Source of the DNA: Octopus bimaculoides | Taxonomy: Eukaryota | Reading direction: 5' to 3' | Length of the DNA: 64,000 bases | NCBI RefSeq assembly: GCF_001194135.2 | Contig: NC_068981.1 | Coordinates: forward strand, 173,228,277 to 173,292,276 | Part shown: piece after piece, positions 48,950 through 60,505 of the stretch | Layout of the letters: every line of letters begins with the position of its first letter | Numbering within the stretch: the stretch's first letter is position 1 | Position numbers and translations under genes: made by a program | The notes under the pieces: model-generated | What the model was told of the DNA's origin: nothing | Databases searched by the model: none | The model's input: the letters and a program-made list of their open reading frames with translations, nothing else

Positions 48950-50250
48950 ATAGTCTAACACACTGTGCCATAATGCATGTGCATAAAAACTTGTGCAATG
49001 AAATGCTTTGCACATCCCCATGGAAAGTTTCATTGCCAAAATGAGAATAGAAAATTTTTTGGAATGATTTGAAGCACTTTTCCATATGTACAAGACAGAA
49101 TAAGCTGCGTTAGCACCAGCACTTGCTAGAATGAATAACAGCATCAAATGCTCTCCATTTTTCGACAATGTCATGCAATTATTTGGACAAAATTTCTTTT
49201 TCTGTCCACAGACCAGTAAGGAGTTTGATTTGTGATGACAGTGAGGGCAAATAAAAAGAAGGCAGGTATGCATTTTCAAGCTGAAACGTCCCAGAGCTGA
49301 CTGCCGATAACTACAAATACTCTCGCTCAGAGCATATGTGCATTCTCTCTTGCTAAAAGCAGCAATTCAATTAATTTTCAACGACATCAGTGATGCTGAA
49401 AAATTGCCAGTACCAGTCATTGATAACAGGGAGAGCACCTTCTTCAGTAGTTGTATGTCTGAAATGCAGTGGTGTATTCTTGGAACAAAACGTGTTCAGC
49501 ATTTTAACAAAATCAGCAGAGGACATTTCGCTGAAAATAGTTTTCAAAAACTTTCTTATTTCTCATTTTTAAAAGAGAGTTCTTCAACTTCTTGACCAGC
49601 TTCAAGCAGTCACCAACTGTTGTGCCTGGATGCTGTAAGCTACTTGCCACAGATTCACATATTCTAAATACATACCCAGCCACCTTAATACTGAACAAAG
49701 TGGAAGCTTTGCCAGATTGTTTCAGTAGTCATTTGACAGTAGCCTTTGTTGTTTCTCATAGTGATGTATGATTCAGACACTCCAGCAAGAAATCCTTAAT
49801 CTTCTTATAGTTGCTTTCCATCTGTTTTAGTGCTGTTGCTCTAATGCACTGAGTTGGATACACGGCTTGCAACATGACCTTCTCACCACAAAGTCTTGTC
49901 CATTGCACAACTTTTCTTTTTGGTGACTCTTTCAGAAGAATGGCACATTGGGAAACAAAGTTCAGTACATCAGCTACAATGGCAAGCATTGAGCCCAATT
50001 CTTGGAGGACAAAGTCCAGAAAGTGGTTTCCATAATGTGTAAAATATGTACCAGCAAACATGTATTTAATCTCTTTTGTATGCTTGAAATGTTTCCACTC
50101 AAGCTACTTGCACATTAAAATGAAAAGCAGCATAATTTTGAACCAAGCGAAGTGTTTAGGTGGCAAAAATCATCCAGAATAACGTTTGTGTCTCTGAAGA
50201 GCAGTCAGGAGGATTTTAAGTACAAGTTTGTCGACTCAATGCAACACACT
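48950..50250 (-). mobile_element. Second hAT transposase remnant (ZMYM1-like)
   Basis: HYGNHFLDFVLQE...SPKRK...YPTQCIRATALKQMESNY resembles the hAT hCyaH.lnLvlq..SpKR..lcpTRW segment. Confidence 0.65.
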
Positions 50251-50279
50251 TCACAAAATAGACTATATATATGTATGTA

Positions 50280-50492
50280 CAAGGGAGTGCTGAAAAGTTC
50301 TTGGCTTTAAGGGTATTGCCAAAGGCCTGGCTAGAAGCACTACCTACCAAGTTTTTTTACAGAGCTTAGAAAAACTGAAGGACTGCTGTAATAAGTGTGT
50401 GAATCTGAGAAGGCAATATTTTGAATAAAATCATAACTGATCCTCCTGTATTTTCTTTTATCCAAAGTCAGGAACTTTACAGTACACCCTCA
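50280..50492. mobile_element. mariner-derived MITE
   Basis: TA|CAAGGGAGTGCTGAAAAGTTC.TGGCTTT and AAAGTCAGGAACTTTACAGTACACCCTCA|TA are imperfect TIRs. Confidence 0.75.
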
Positions 50493-50582
50493 TATATATA
50501 TATAGTGTATTGTTCTATGATGGTAAAATCAACATAAAAAGTACTCGATCTGGTGAGAGATAAATATTTATTTTATAAATGT

Positions 50583-50998
50583 AATATATGTTTTTATGTG
50601 CTGTGAACATGCCAAACAGTGTTTTTTAACACATCTGGTGTCCTAGCCCAATCATCAGATACTGCCCACATGGCATAATAAACTAAAACTGGAATGAGAG
50701 AAAAGCAAGAAGGAAGTATATATAAAAATGGAAGGTTGAAAAACCAGAAAAACTGAATTTAGAAATAACTCTAATTCCAACTTTTGCTTCTTTCTAATTT
50801 CTTTTCCATTTTCTGATTTTTCAACCTTCCACCTTTTATATATACTTCCTTCTCGCTTTTTCTCTCATCCCATTTCTAGTTCGTTATGCCATGCGGGCAG
50901 TGTCAGATGATTGTGCTAGGACTCCAGATGTTTTAAAAAACATTGTTTGGCATGTTCTCAGCACATGAAGCTAATAGCAGCACATAAAAACATATATT
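50583..50998. repeat. Long imperfect palindrome (foldback MITE), arms ~170 bp
   Basis: GTGCTGTGAACATGCCAAACA...GAAGGTTGAAAAA is inverted against TTTTTCAACCTTC...TGTTTGGCATGTTCTCAGCAC. Confidence 0.9.
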
Positions 50999-51640
50999 GT
51001 GTTTATTAAATAATACATAGTTATTTGGGGAGATCGTTTACATCAACATAAACTTTAAAAAAAGTCTTTCACTTTGAACTCTGTATGAATGTATGTGCAT
51101 GATTAACAAATATTTTTACCAGCAGCATAGTATTTGTAGTTTACCCTTATAGTATTGTATAGTATTGACAGCATGGCACAACATACATAAATTAACACTG
51201 GGCCTCTAGACACATGATCCTCTGGGCAATTTCCTAGCATACCCATACCTTAAGATGACACTAGTCAGACTATTTCTTTACTAATACATAATGTCATGTG
51301 AGTTTTTATATTTTACTTTCATATGTTGTATTTGATACGTTTTTTTTTTTTTAGCTTGAGAATGGTTATGTGAAGTAGAATAGTTAGATTTCCCTTTAGA
51401 TAAGACATATTCTATTTAACTCATCTTGCTTGTGTGGAAAATAGTTATTACTCTAATTTCTGGTTGACTGATAGTAGCTATGAAAGATATCCAACTGTAA
51501 TGTTTGAGAAGTGTTTTGTGAACATATTTCTACATTAAGGAGCAGGTAAACCTTGCTAGCATGGAAAAAATGAATACAGATTGTTGAAAGAAAATGTATG
51601 CAATATCAGCTTTTAAAACTGTAAAATTATTTTACTTCAG

Positions 51641-51840
51641 ATTAACTCCAGAATTATTAAAGGACACCGATTATCTGTGAATTACTGCCAATTCTTGAAT
51701 GAGGATAGACTTATACTCAGTTGCTCAGATGACAAAACAACCAAACTTTGGAACCCTACAACAAGTAAATGTATTGAAACATTTCATTATGAAAAATCCA
51801 AAGCTATACGAAAGGCCCATGTTAACTCTAACAATTGCGA
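51641..51840 (+). CDS. WDR88: WDR88-like WD40 exon
   Basis: TTACTTCAG|ATT...GA|GTAAGT. INSRIIKGHRLSVNYCQFLNEDRLILSCSDDKTTKLWNPTTSKCIETFHYEKSKAIRKAHVNSNNC(E). Repeat order matches recalled human WDR88. Confidence 0.88.
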
Positions 51841-52199
51841 GTAAGTTACATTCAATTTTCTGAATAATTGATATTAGACTGCAGAAATATATTGTAACTT
51901 CTGATTGTGGAAGTTCCCCCATAGAGCATTGCCTTATAGTGAAATTACTCAAGTGTCCCAACCTTCATAGATGCTAACTTTGCTCTTGCCTTTCAAAGTG
52001 CAACTGAGACATTATATTTGTAGAATTCTGCAATCTCAATGAAGATAGATCTTTCTCTCAAGGACTGAAGTATTTTCTAGCCTTGGAGAGAAACCTATTC
52101 TTTAAATGCAATTTTATCTTGTAATTATTGTAAGGCATATCTTTTGTAGAGACATAGAGAGTTTTAGTTGTATGCTGTTCATGCATAAGAAGTATGTAA

Positions 52200-53870
52200 G
52201 GAAATACTATTTCTTTGATAGTATAGTACTTGTGTATTGGTACTATAGAAAATGACAATACTTCTATTAAAGATTGTTCTAAGGTCCCTAACCCTGTTCA
52301 TGGAATCAACATATAGAGTGGTGTGTCTAGGTTATGTTTGGAGGATAACTGTATGTGAAAAATTAAGAAGTGAATGGAGGTGTAATTTGCTTAAGAACAT
52401 GTGTGTTTTTAGAAATGCTAGCATTAAGGTCATTAATGATCAAATGAAAAGTGTTGGAGTCATAACTGAAACCTAGGAAACATCAAAGTTGATATATTAT
52501 GCAATAAAGAAGTCTAGCAGGAAATTTACTGTTGAAGAAATGAGAGTTGAATGGAGTAGTGCATCAGTAAGAAACTCAGCCAGATGGTTCTTAGGTTGGA
52601 CATAGTTAAGGTTTGGCTGATATCAAGAGTTATAATATTGCTTTCATCAAGAATGAAAGGCTAATGATATGTGACAAAAGAGAATTTGGAAACCATATTT
52701 GCAGTCACTGAGAAAGGAGAAAGATTTATAATGATAAAGGTGGTAGTCTTTATTGACTGTTTCCATACACTTTTGTAATGTTGAAAGGGCAATAAATTAC
52801 TGGTTAGTATGGTTAGAGTGTTGCTCCACTTCAGAAAGTGATACACTGACATGTGCTTCCATAAACTGTAGAGAAAGATCGAAAAGTTTATTAAGGACTG
52901 CAGTAACTCTGGAGTGATGAAAGGAACACCATTAGGACAGGTTGTCTTGCTGGGTTAAAGTGGTTGGAGAAGTTTACACACTTGGTAAGTGCATGGTTAT
53001 GGTGGCTGGAGATCAGGTTAACTATGAAGAGTAGACTCAATGTAAAGAACAGGATCAGTGCAATTGATACATGGGTTATCCCTTTAATGCAATATGGCAC
53101 AGGTGTTGTTAGATGGACAAAGAACAAGCTTGAGGAAATGGAGGAAAGTGATGACAATGACCAAGGAATTACACCCTAAAAGCAATGTCAATAGACTGTA
53201 AACAAGGGGCAAAGAGGTCTCATAAGATGTAAAATCTGTGTTATCAATGAGGAAAACAGTCTGGGATGGTATGTCAAACAGCAGTCTGAACCTTTGGTTG
53301 TTGCTGTTAAAAATAGCAATATGATACCGAGTGAAAGTGTGACATGCCCAAAAGAATTTAAGAAACAAAGAGAGCAAAGATTCAACAACTGGAAATTGAA
53401 AGACATGACCAACACCTAAAGGTGGCTAAGGAAAAATGTTCTGAAAGGATGCACTGAGACATTAATTTGCAGTGCTCAAGAACAAGCTTTGAGAACTAAT
53501 TACACCAAGTTCCAAATAGAGAAGAGTATTGAATTTCCCCCTTGTAGGATATGTGGTATCAAAAATGAAACAGTTTTACATATTGTGAGTGAGTGTAGCA
53601 AATTGGCTCAAAAGGAATACAAAAAGATGCATGATAATGTAGCTAAGTATGTTCATTGGAGAGTGTGTGAGAAGTACAGTCTTGAAAGGACATTGAAATG
53701 ATATGATAGAAAGTTAAGATAGACAAAATGCTGCTAAGCATTTTACTCAATGTACCAACAAATCTGCCAGCTTGTCACCTTAATAATAATAATAATAATA
53801 ATAATGTGGTCAATGAAGAGAGTAGCTGTGATACCAATAGTAATTGATGCACTTGGAAGTATGGTTGATA
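52200..53870 (+). mobile_element. R4/Dong-clade non-LTR retrotransposon remnant (RT thumb, CCHC knuckle, RLE fragment)
   Basis: KNRISAIDTW.IP...YGTGVVRW; CRICG...ETVLHIVSECSKLAQKEYK..HDNVAK.VHW; VIPIVIDALG. (TAA)n tract at 53780-53803. Confidence 0.75.
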
Positions 53871-53894
53871 AAGATTGGTGTAAGTGTGAAGGTA

Positions 53895-54148
53895 GAACAC
53901 CTACCTTCTGTTGCGTTGTTGCCTTTATTGAACACATAAAGCAAAATATGCTGAATATGCTCGTTTATAGCTTTGTAAAAATAACTGTTAAAATTCAACT
54001 GCACTCTTCAAAACTTGCACTAAGAATAAGCACAAGGTAAAATTACTACCTGCATTTATAGCAAGTTGATGCAGGTAGTTTATTCCATCCCCCTCCGACT
54101 TTTAGTTCATGCAATTGAAAAAAACGCATTATTTATGGGATGACCTAA
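53895..54148 (-). mobile_element. 5'-end fragment of the same mariner family as 41253-42473
   Basis: Near-identical to 42240-42473, including the TIR GCATTATTTATGG.AT.ACC.A|TA. Confidence 0.85.
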
Positions 54149-54523
54149 TATGTTAAATTCAGTGCACTTCAAAATAAGAGTCAGGTCTTTTAGAAAATGC
54201 TGCATGTGGTTGTCCAGCATACTAATGAAGGGGATTTATTTGTCATTTGCCTAATGACATTAAGTGGACCAATCCTAATATGTTTTTGAGATTATTTCCT
54301 GTGAAAAATCATTCATATTCTTAAAACTGTGTTGCACACTTATTTTAAACACAACTTAGAGATCTTGAACTAATAATCTAGGAGTTAGTTGATAGTGAAG
54401 TACACTTAACTAAAGTTTATATGTAGATGTTATAAATGTCAGTTTTATGCGATTTATATTAAGTTTATCTAAAATGCATCTCAATTGACTTTAATTAAAT
54501 ATCAGCATTTTCTTTGTTTTTAG

Positions 54524-54587
54524 GTTTGTTAATTGTGGCGATGACAAACGGGTTCTCTACTGGGATATGGAACAAAAACGAATGATA
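54524..54587 (+). CDS. WDR88: WDR88-like WD40 exon
   Basis: TTTTTAG|G TTT. FVNCGDDKRVLYWDMEQKRMI, phase 2 in. Donor is GTTTGT at 54588 (or GTATCT at 54592). Confidence 0.85.
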
Positions 54588-54879
54588 GTTTGTATCTTAT
54601 TGTTGTCTTTATGCACTATTATGTATGGTGTGGTATGTATGGTGTGGTATGTATGTATGTATATATGTATGTATGTATGGATGTATATGTATGTATGTAT
54701 GTCATTATTCAATTTTATTTCAGATTTTTTGCCAATAAAGAACTGGATCCAATGTTCCTTCATTGAAATTTCACCAACATCAACAGGGTATTTTTGCATG
54801 TTTGTGTGTATGTATGCAGCATTTGGAGTCACTGCACATGCAGATTGACTTGTTTGTTTGTTTTTTGTATTTATTTTTG

Positions 54880-55082
54880 TCTTTTACTTGTTTCAATCAT
54901 TTGACTGCAGTCATGCTGGGACACTGCCTTGAAGTGGTTTTAATTGAATGTTTCAACCCTAGTACGTATTTTTTTTTTTAAGACTGGTACTTATTCTGTC
55001 AGTCTCTTTTGCTGAACTGATAAGTTACAGGAACATAAACACACCTGCACTGGTTGTCAAGTGGTGGTCAGCTGACAAACTC

Positions 55083-55147
<65 letters not shown>

Positions 55148-55290
55148 AGTTTTCTTTCAGTTTCCATCTGCCAAATACAAGGTTTTGGTTGGCCTGAGGC
55201 TATAGTAGAAGACACTTGCCCAAGGTGTTACGCAGTGGGACTGAACCCTGAACCATGTTGTTGGGAAGCAAGCTTCTTACCACGCAGCCA
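54880..55290 (-). mobile_element. Composite tRNA-derived SINE (family A)
   Basis: Reverse complement of 46578-46952, with a GA/CA microsatellite centre. Confidence 0.85.
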
Positions 55291-55695
55291 TGATTATGCC
55301 TATGGTGATATTTGATGATATTTCAGAAAAACAAATAGCATGAGTTATCTGCAAAACTGGTTACAGTCGCTTAACCATTGTATTATATGAATTTGGAATA
55401 GTAAGAATATCAGAACTAATGTATAATCATAAACACAGGATCAAGAAACATAAGTTTTGGATGATGAATGAAAATGAGAAGTTGTTATATCTTTGCCTTT
55501 CCCCCATGTGCCTTAAGTATCAGTCGAAAAGACCCTACTCACTGAGGAAACAACAGTAACAAAAAGCAAACAAAGATATACTCCATGGTTAGCAAGAAAA
55601 TTAGCATCATTGACAGTAGCATTTTTTCTCTCTCTGTTCTTCTAAGTATACTTCATACATAGACACCAGCATTTGTTTTAATGGCATTAGTGTTG

Positions 55696-56082
55696 TGTGT
55701 GTGTTGGCATTCCGTCGCTTACGACGTCGAGGGTTCCAGTTAATCCGATCAATGGAACAGCCTGCTCGTGAAATTAACGTGCAAATGGCTAAGCAGTCCA
55801 CAGACATGTGTACCCTTAACATAGTTCTCGGGGATATTCAGCGTGACACTGTGACAAGGCTGACCCTTTGAACTACAGGCACAACAGAAAGAGGAAGTAA
55901 GAGTGAGAGAAAGTTGTGGTGAAATAGTACAGCAGGATTCGCCACCATCCCCTGCCGGAGCCTTGTGGAGCTTTCAGGTGTTTTCGCTCAATAAACACTC
56001 ACAACGCCCGGTCTGGGAATCGAAAACCGCGATCCTATGACCACGAGTCCGCTGCCCTTACCGCTGGGCCATTGCGCCTCCA
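55696..56082 (-). mobile_element. tRNA-derived SINE (family C), well preserved
   Basis: Minus strand starts GGAGGCGCAATGGCCCAGCGGTAAGGGCAGCGGACTCG...TTCGATTCCCAGACC (A/B boxes), followed by a CpG-rich body. Confidence 0.85.
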
Positions 56083-56689
56083 CAATGGCATCAGTAATAG
56101 TTATGGAAATAGCAGCAATAGAGACAGATATTCAAACAGCACCTAATTCCATTATTGTAATATTATTTTTTTACTTGATAAAAACTACATCTTTTAATNN
56201 NNNNNNNNNNNNNNNNNNNNNNNNNNNNNNNNNNNNNNNNNNNNNNNNNNNNNNNNNNNNNNNNNNNNNNNNNNNNNNNNNNNNNNNNNNNNNNNNNNNN
56301 NNNNNNNNNNNNNNNNNNNNNNNNNNNNNNNNNNNNNNNNNNNNNNNNNNNNNNNNNNNNNNNNNNNNNNNNNNNNNNNNNNNNNNNNNNNNNNNNNNNN
56401 NNNNNNNNNNNNNNNNNNNNNNNNNNNNNNNNNNNNNNNNNNNNNNNNNNNNNNNNNNNNNNNNNNNNNNNNNNNNNNNNNNNNNNNNNNNNNNNNNNNN
56501 NNNNNNNNNNNNNNNNNNNNNNNNNNNNNNNNNNNNNNNNNNNNNNNNNNNNNNNNNNCTGCAAGGTAATGCAGTATGTTAAAATATATTAAAAACAAAG
56601 TTTGTTTTTCACTTACTCTTCATCAAAGTGAATGTTTTTTTGTTTTACATCCATTTTACTATTATAGCATGGACAAGATGGTTTCCATT

Positions 56690-57170
56690 AGAGCCATAGA
56701 TTTTACAGCTAGATGCCATTCTCACAGTTAACTTGAGCAAAAGTGCACCAGTCCGATCACATCTGACACTCTTTCTGGCAGATCCAGTTAGTTTCCTTGA
56801 ATGTTTCCTAACCCAGGATGAGTGTTGGTTTCATCACTTTGAACCAGAGACAAAGAGACAAACCATGCAGAGGAAACACCCCTCCTCACCTGCTCCAAAG
56901 AAGGCCAAGGTCATTTCATCTGCAGAAAAGGTGAAGACCCTAGTTTTTGGGGCTGCAAAAGGCCTTAGGTTTGGAGAGTACTACGCTGACTTGCTGAGAC
57001 AATTATGATTGGATATCAAGAGCAAATACACAAGGAAACTGATGAAACCTGTCTTGTTTCATCAGGTCAATACAACAGCCCACAAATCCTTGGTTTCAAT
57101 AGCTACTGTGCATGACTGTGGCTTTGAACTGGTTCATCAGCCTCCCTTACCTGTACCACTCAAGTGTGGT
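56690..57170 (+). mobile_element. mariner transposase remnant
   Basis: FLECFLTQDECWFHHFEPETKRQTMQRKHPSSPAPKKAK...EYYADLLRQL...LFHQ.N..AH...GFELVH. Confidence 0.85.
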
Positions 57171-57320
57171 GAGTGATTTGTGTTGCTTTTTGTCCTTTGA
57201 TATTTCATTTGTGAAAATATTGGAGTTCCAGACATTCTTGGGATTAACAATGATAAGAACAAAAGGAAATCTGTGTCATTGTAGATGCTTAATTCTGGTA
57301 ATATATTACTTGTACATAAC

Positions 57321-57548
57321 TTAACCCTTTATCATTCAGAATATTCTGTCAAATGTAATACATATTTGTTCACATTCTTTTGAGTTCATCATGCATTATC
57401 TCATAGCTTTGAGATTTTGATGATGTGATTGTTTATTTTAAGAATGACATTGTCAGCTAGGTGTGAGAGGCTGAATCTAACAAGTTTGAACATAATGGAG
57501 GTAGAATATTTGGGTTGGATATGGCTGGTTTAAATGCAAAAGGGTTCA
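57321..57548 (+). mobile_element. piggyBac-type MITE
   Basis: TTAA|CCCTTT...AAAGGG|TTCA termini. Related pieces at 35430-35623 and ~63300-63480. Confidence 0.7.
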
Positions 57549-58463
57549 AGAAGCAAGAAGATGACAGTCATAAACTTAGGAGAAATAGAAAAATATTGCA
57601 TAGGACAGAAAATAAATATTTGTTGATTAAGTGGATTTGACAGCATGTAAATGAATGTATGCCATTGATTTGTTTTCTTGGTTATAAAACAATCTTTAAT
57701 GTTTCAAAGAGCTGAATATTGCTGGAAGCAAAGGTTTGAAAAAGTTATATGGTGTTAAAATAATGAAAATCCATTCTGAAGAAACATTTACTGATTATCA
57801 TCTATATAATTGCTGTGGAAGGATTTTGACCACCCTACTGTGACTAAAGGTGGAGTGAGTCATTTCTATTAAATAGACAACTGTCAGGTTGTGAGCAGTT
57901 TGTGTTGATAGCAGTTCACTGTGAGCCTTTAACATAGAGTGTTGAGTCTTGTTTAATAGTAATAATAGTGCGTTGTATATATACCACTGCTTTGTTATAT
58001 TATATATCTAAGACAAGGATATAAAAGTGGTGATGAGTTGTTTGAAGCTTGTGCTGGATGTTTAAAATTAATTGTATATAATGTAAAGTAATGATAAAAT
58101 ATTGCATAATAAGGAATATGCAATTATATATTGATTTTGTTGTTTCAATAGAATTAAATAGTTATGAATGATATCTGCATTAAGTATCTTCAACTTGATG
58201 ATAATGAAGTTAATATTCATGTACTCTCTTTTACAAAACATAAAAATAAGGTATAACTTTATATGTAGTTTTTATCTTGATTATTTTTCTACAGAAATAT
58301 AATGTTTGATTAGGGTTACTATATCAGATCTAGCTGGAGGTGTTATTTTATATATGTGTTCTAAAACCTAAAACAAATTCTGCATTTCAAATCACTGCTA
58401 GTCTAAAGAAAGATTGCTATAATTCTTTGCAGAAAGAAATACAATTTTTCTTGACGTTTACAG

Positions 58464-58590
58464 ATTTTCACAAAAAAACTTCGACATGTCTAAGGTTCAC
58501 ACAAGAGGATGATAAATTAGTTTCTACATCATTTGATGGTTCTGTGTCAGTTTTTGACTTGAGAACAAACAGAGCCACACTTACTTTGAC
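58464..58590 (+). CDS. WDR88: WDR88-like WD40 exon
   Basis: TTTACAG|AT TTT...AC|GTAAGT. (D)FHKKTSTCLRFTQEDDKLVSTSFDGSVSVFDLRTNRATLTL(T). Confidence 0.9.
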
Positions 58591-58985
58591 GTAAGTACAA
58601 TATTTCAAAAGTATAATCTAAAATAAATTGTTTTGATAGTAAATTTATCATAAACAACATACTCAGTTCTTCCTCTGAAATGCTTATACATGTTTGAGAA
58701 ACCTACTTCCTGTGAACTTTTCCCAAGCCATGGATAGTAATTTAAACAACATACTAACTGCACCAATTTGTCTTAACCAACTCTGCTGAAAGAAACTGAT
58801 TCTTTTTCAATTGACCTGCCTAATTTCTAAGTTGCTAAAAACAGCTTATATTTCTGAGGATTAATACATTAAAGCAACTGAATGGCTAATCCTATGAAAT
58901 ACCTGAAGAAATTCAAGTAATTCAAGTGTTATTCTTCATTTCATTATGACTCAGTTTTATTTTCTATTTCATGTCTTTTTGACAG

Positions 58986-59099
58986 GGGACACAATAATAT
59001 TGTTTCTTGCTGTGCACTGACTTTAAATGACCACTTCCTGGTCACTGGTGGATGGGACAAAATTGTAAATATATGGGATATTGCAATAGGAAAATACAG
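58986..59099 (+). CDS. WDR88: WDR88-like WD40 exon (last in window; gene continues beyond)
   Basis: TTTTTGACAG|G GGA...AG|GTGACT. GHNNIVSCCALTLNDHFLVTGGWDKIVNIWDIAIGKY(R). Confidence 0.92.
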
Positions 59100-59399
59100 G
59101 TGACTATTTTCAAAACATGTTGATTTTAGTTTTCATATTCTTTTATTCTTTATTTTTTTTACTTGCTTCAGTCATTGGACTGTGGCCATGCTGAAGGGTT
59201 TTAGTTTAACAAATTGATCCCAGGACTTATTTTTAAAGCCTAGTACTTATTCTATTGGTCTCCTTTGCTAAACTGCTAGGTTATGGAGACATAAACACAC
59301 CAATACTGGTTAACAAGTGGTGATGGTGGGGGAGAAAGCACAGACACATCTGCATACATACATACATATATATATATAGAGAGAGAGAGATGATGATGA

Positions 59400-59945
59400 T
59401 ATACGTATATATATATCATCATCATCGTTTAATGTCCGCTTTCCATGCTAGCATGGGTTGGACGATTTGACTGAGGACTGGTGAACCGGATGGCTGCACC
59501 AGGCTCCAATCTGATCTGGCAGAGTTTCTACAGCTGGATGCCCTTCCTAATGCCAACCACTCCGAGAGTGTAGTGGGTGCTTTTACATGCCAGTCACGTG
59601 GTACTGGCAATGGCCACGCTCAAAATGGTGTTTTTTATGTGCCACCTGCACAGGAACCAGTCCAGTGGCACTGGCAACAACCTCGTTCGAATGATTTTCT
59701 AATGTGCCAGTAAGGAGACGCTGGTAACGATTACGCTCAAATGGTGCTATTTACAGGCCACTAGCACGGAAGCCAGACAGCTACTCTGGCAATGATCACG
59801 CTCGGATGGTGCTGTTAGTGCTCTACTGGCACAGGTGCCGGTCATCGAATATGGTTCAATTACGATTTCGATTTCACTTGCCCCAACAGGTCTTCGCAAG
59901 CAGAATTTAGTGTCCAATGAAGGAGAGGTTGGCATGGGTGCCATA
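59400..59945 (-). mobile_element. RTE LINE 3'UTR/tail copy
   Basis: CATCGTTTAA.GTCCGCTTTCCATGCTAGCATGGGTTGGACG, matching 15817 and 62320. Confidence 0.9.
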
Positions 59946-60149
59946 TATGTGATGGGCTTCTTTCAGTTTCTGTCTCCCAAATCTAATCACAAGATTTAGC
60001 TTGGCCCCAAGGCTATAGTAGAAGACACTTGCCCAGTGTGCCATGCAGTGGCACACACACACATGTCAAGATAAGTAAAGCTCTGGCCGCCTCTACATTC
60101 AAGTATGTCGTACGTCCCTCTCTCAGCTGAGAGATTCTTCCCTTGAAAG

Positions 60150-60505
60150 CTTACGGATGCTGGTGCCACATAAAAGTGCCCATGCTGGTGCCACATAAAA
60201 GCACCTGTGCTGATGACATGTAAAAGTGCCAATGCTGGTGTCACATAAAAGTGTCCGTGCCGATTCCACATAAAGGCACCTGTGTTGGTGTCATGCAAAA
60301 GCACCCAGTACACTGTATGAAGTGGTTGGTATTAGGAAGGGTGTCCAGCTGTAGAATCCATGCCAAAATGGGCAACTGGAACGTGGGCAGCTCTTGAGCT
60401 GGCAGTTCCTGCCAAACTGTACAACCTATGCCAGTATGGAAAGCAGACATTAAATGATATGATGATGATGGTGATGGTGATGATGATGATGATGATGATG
60501 ATGAC
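60150..60505 (+). mobile_element. LINE 3'UTR with ~24-bp subrepeats and (GAT)n tail
   Basis: Repeated GCTGGTG.CACATAAAAG.GCC units, then GAAGGG..TCCAGCTGTAGAA and a (GAT)n tail. Confidence 0.8.
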
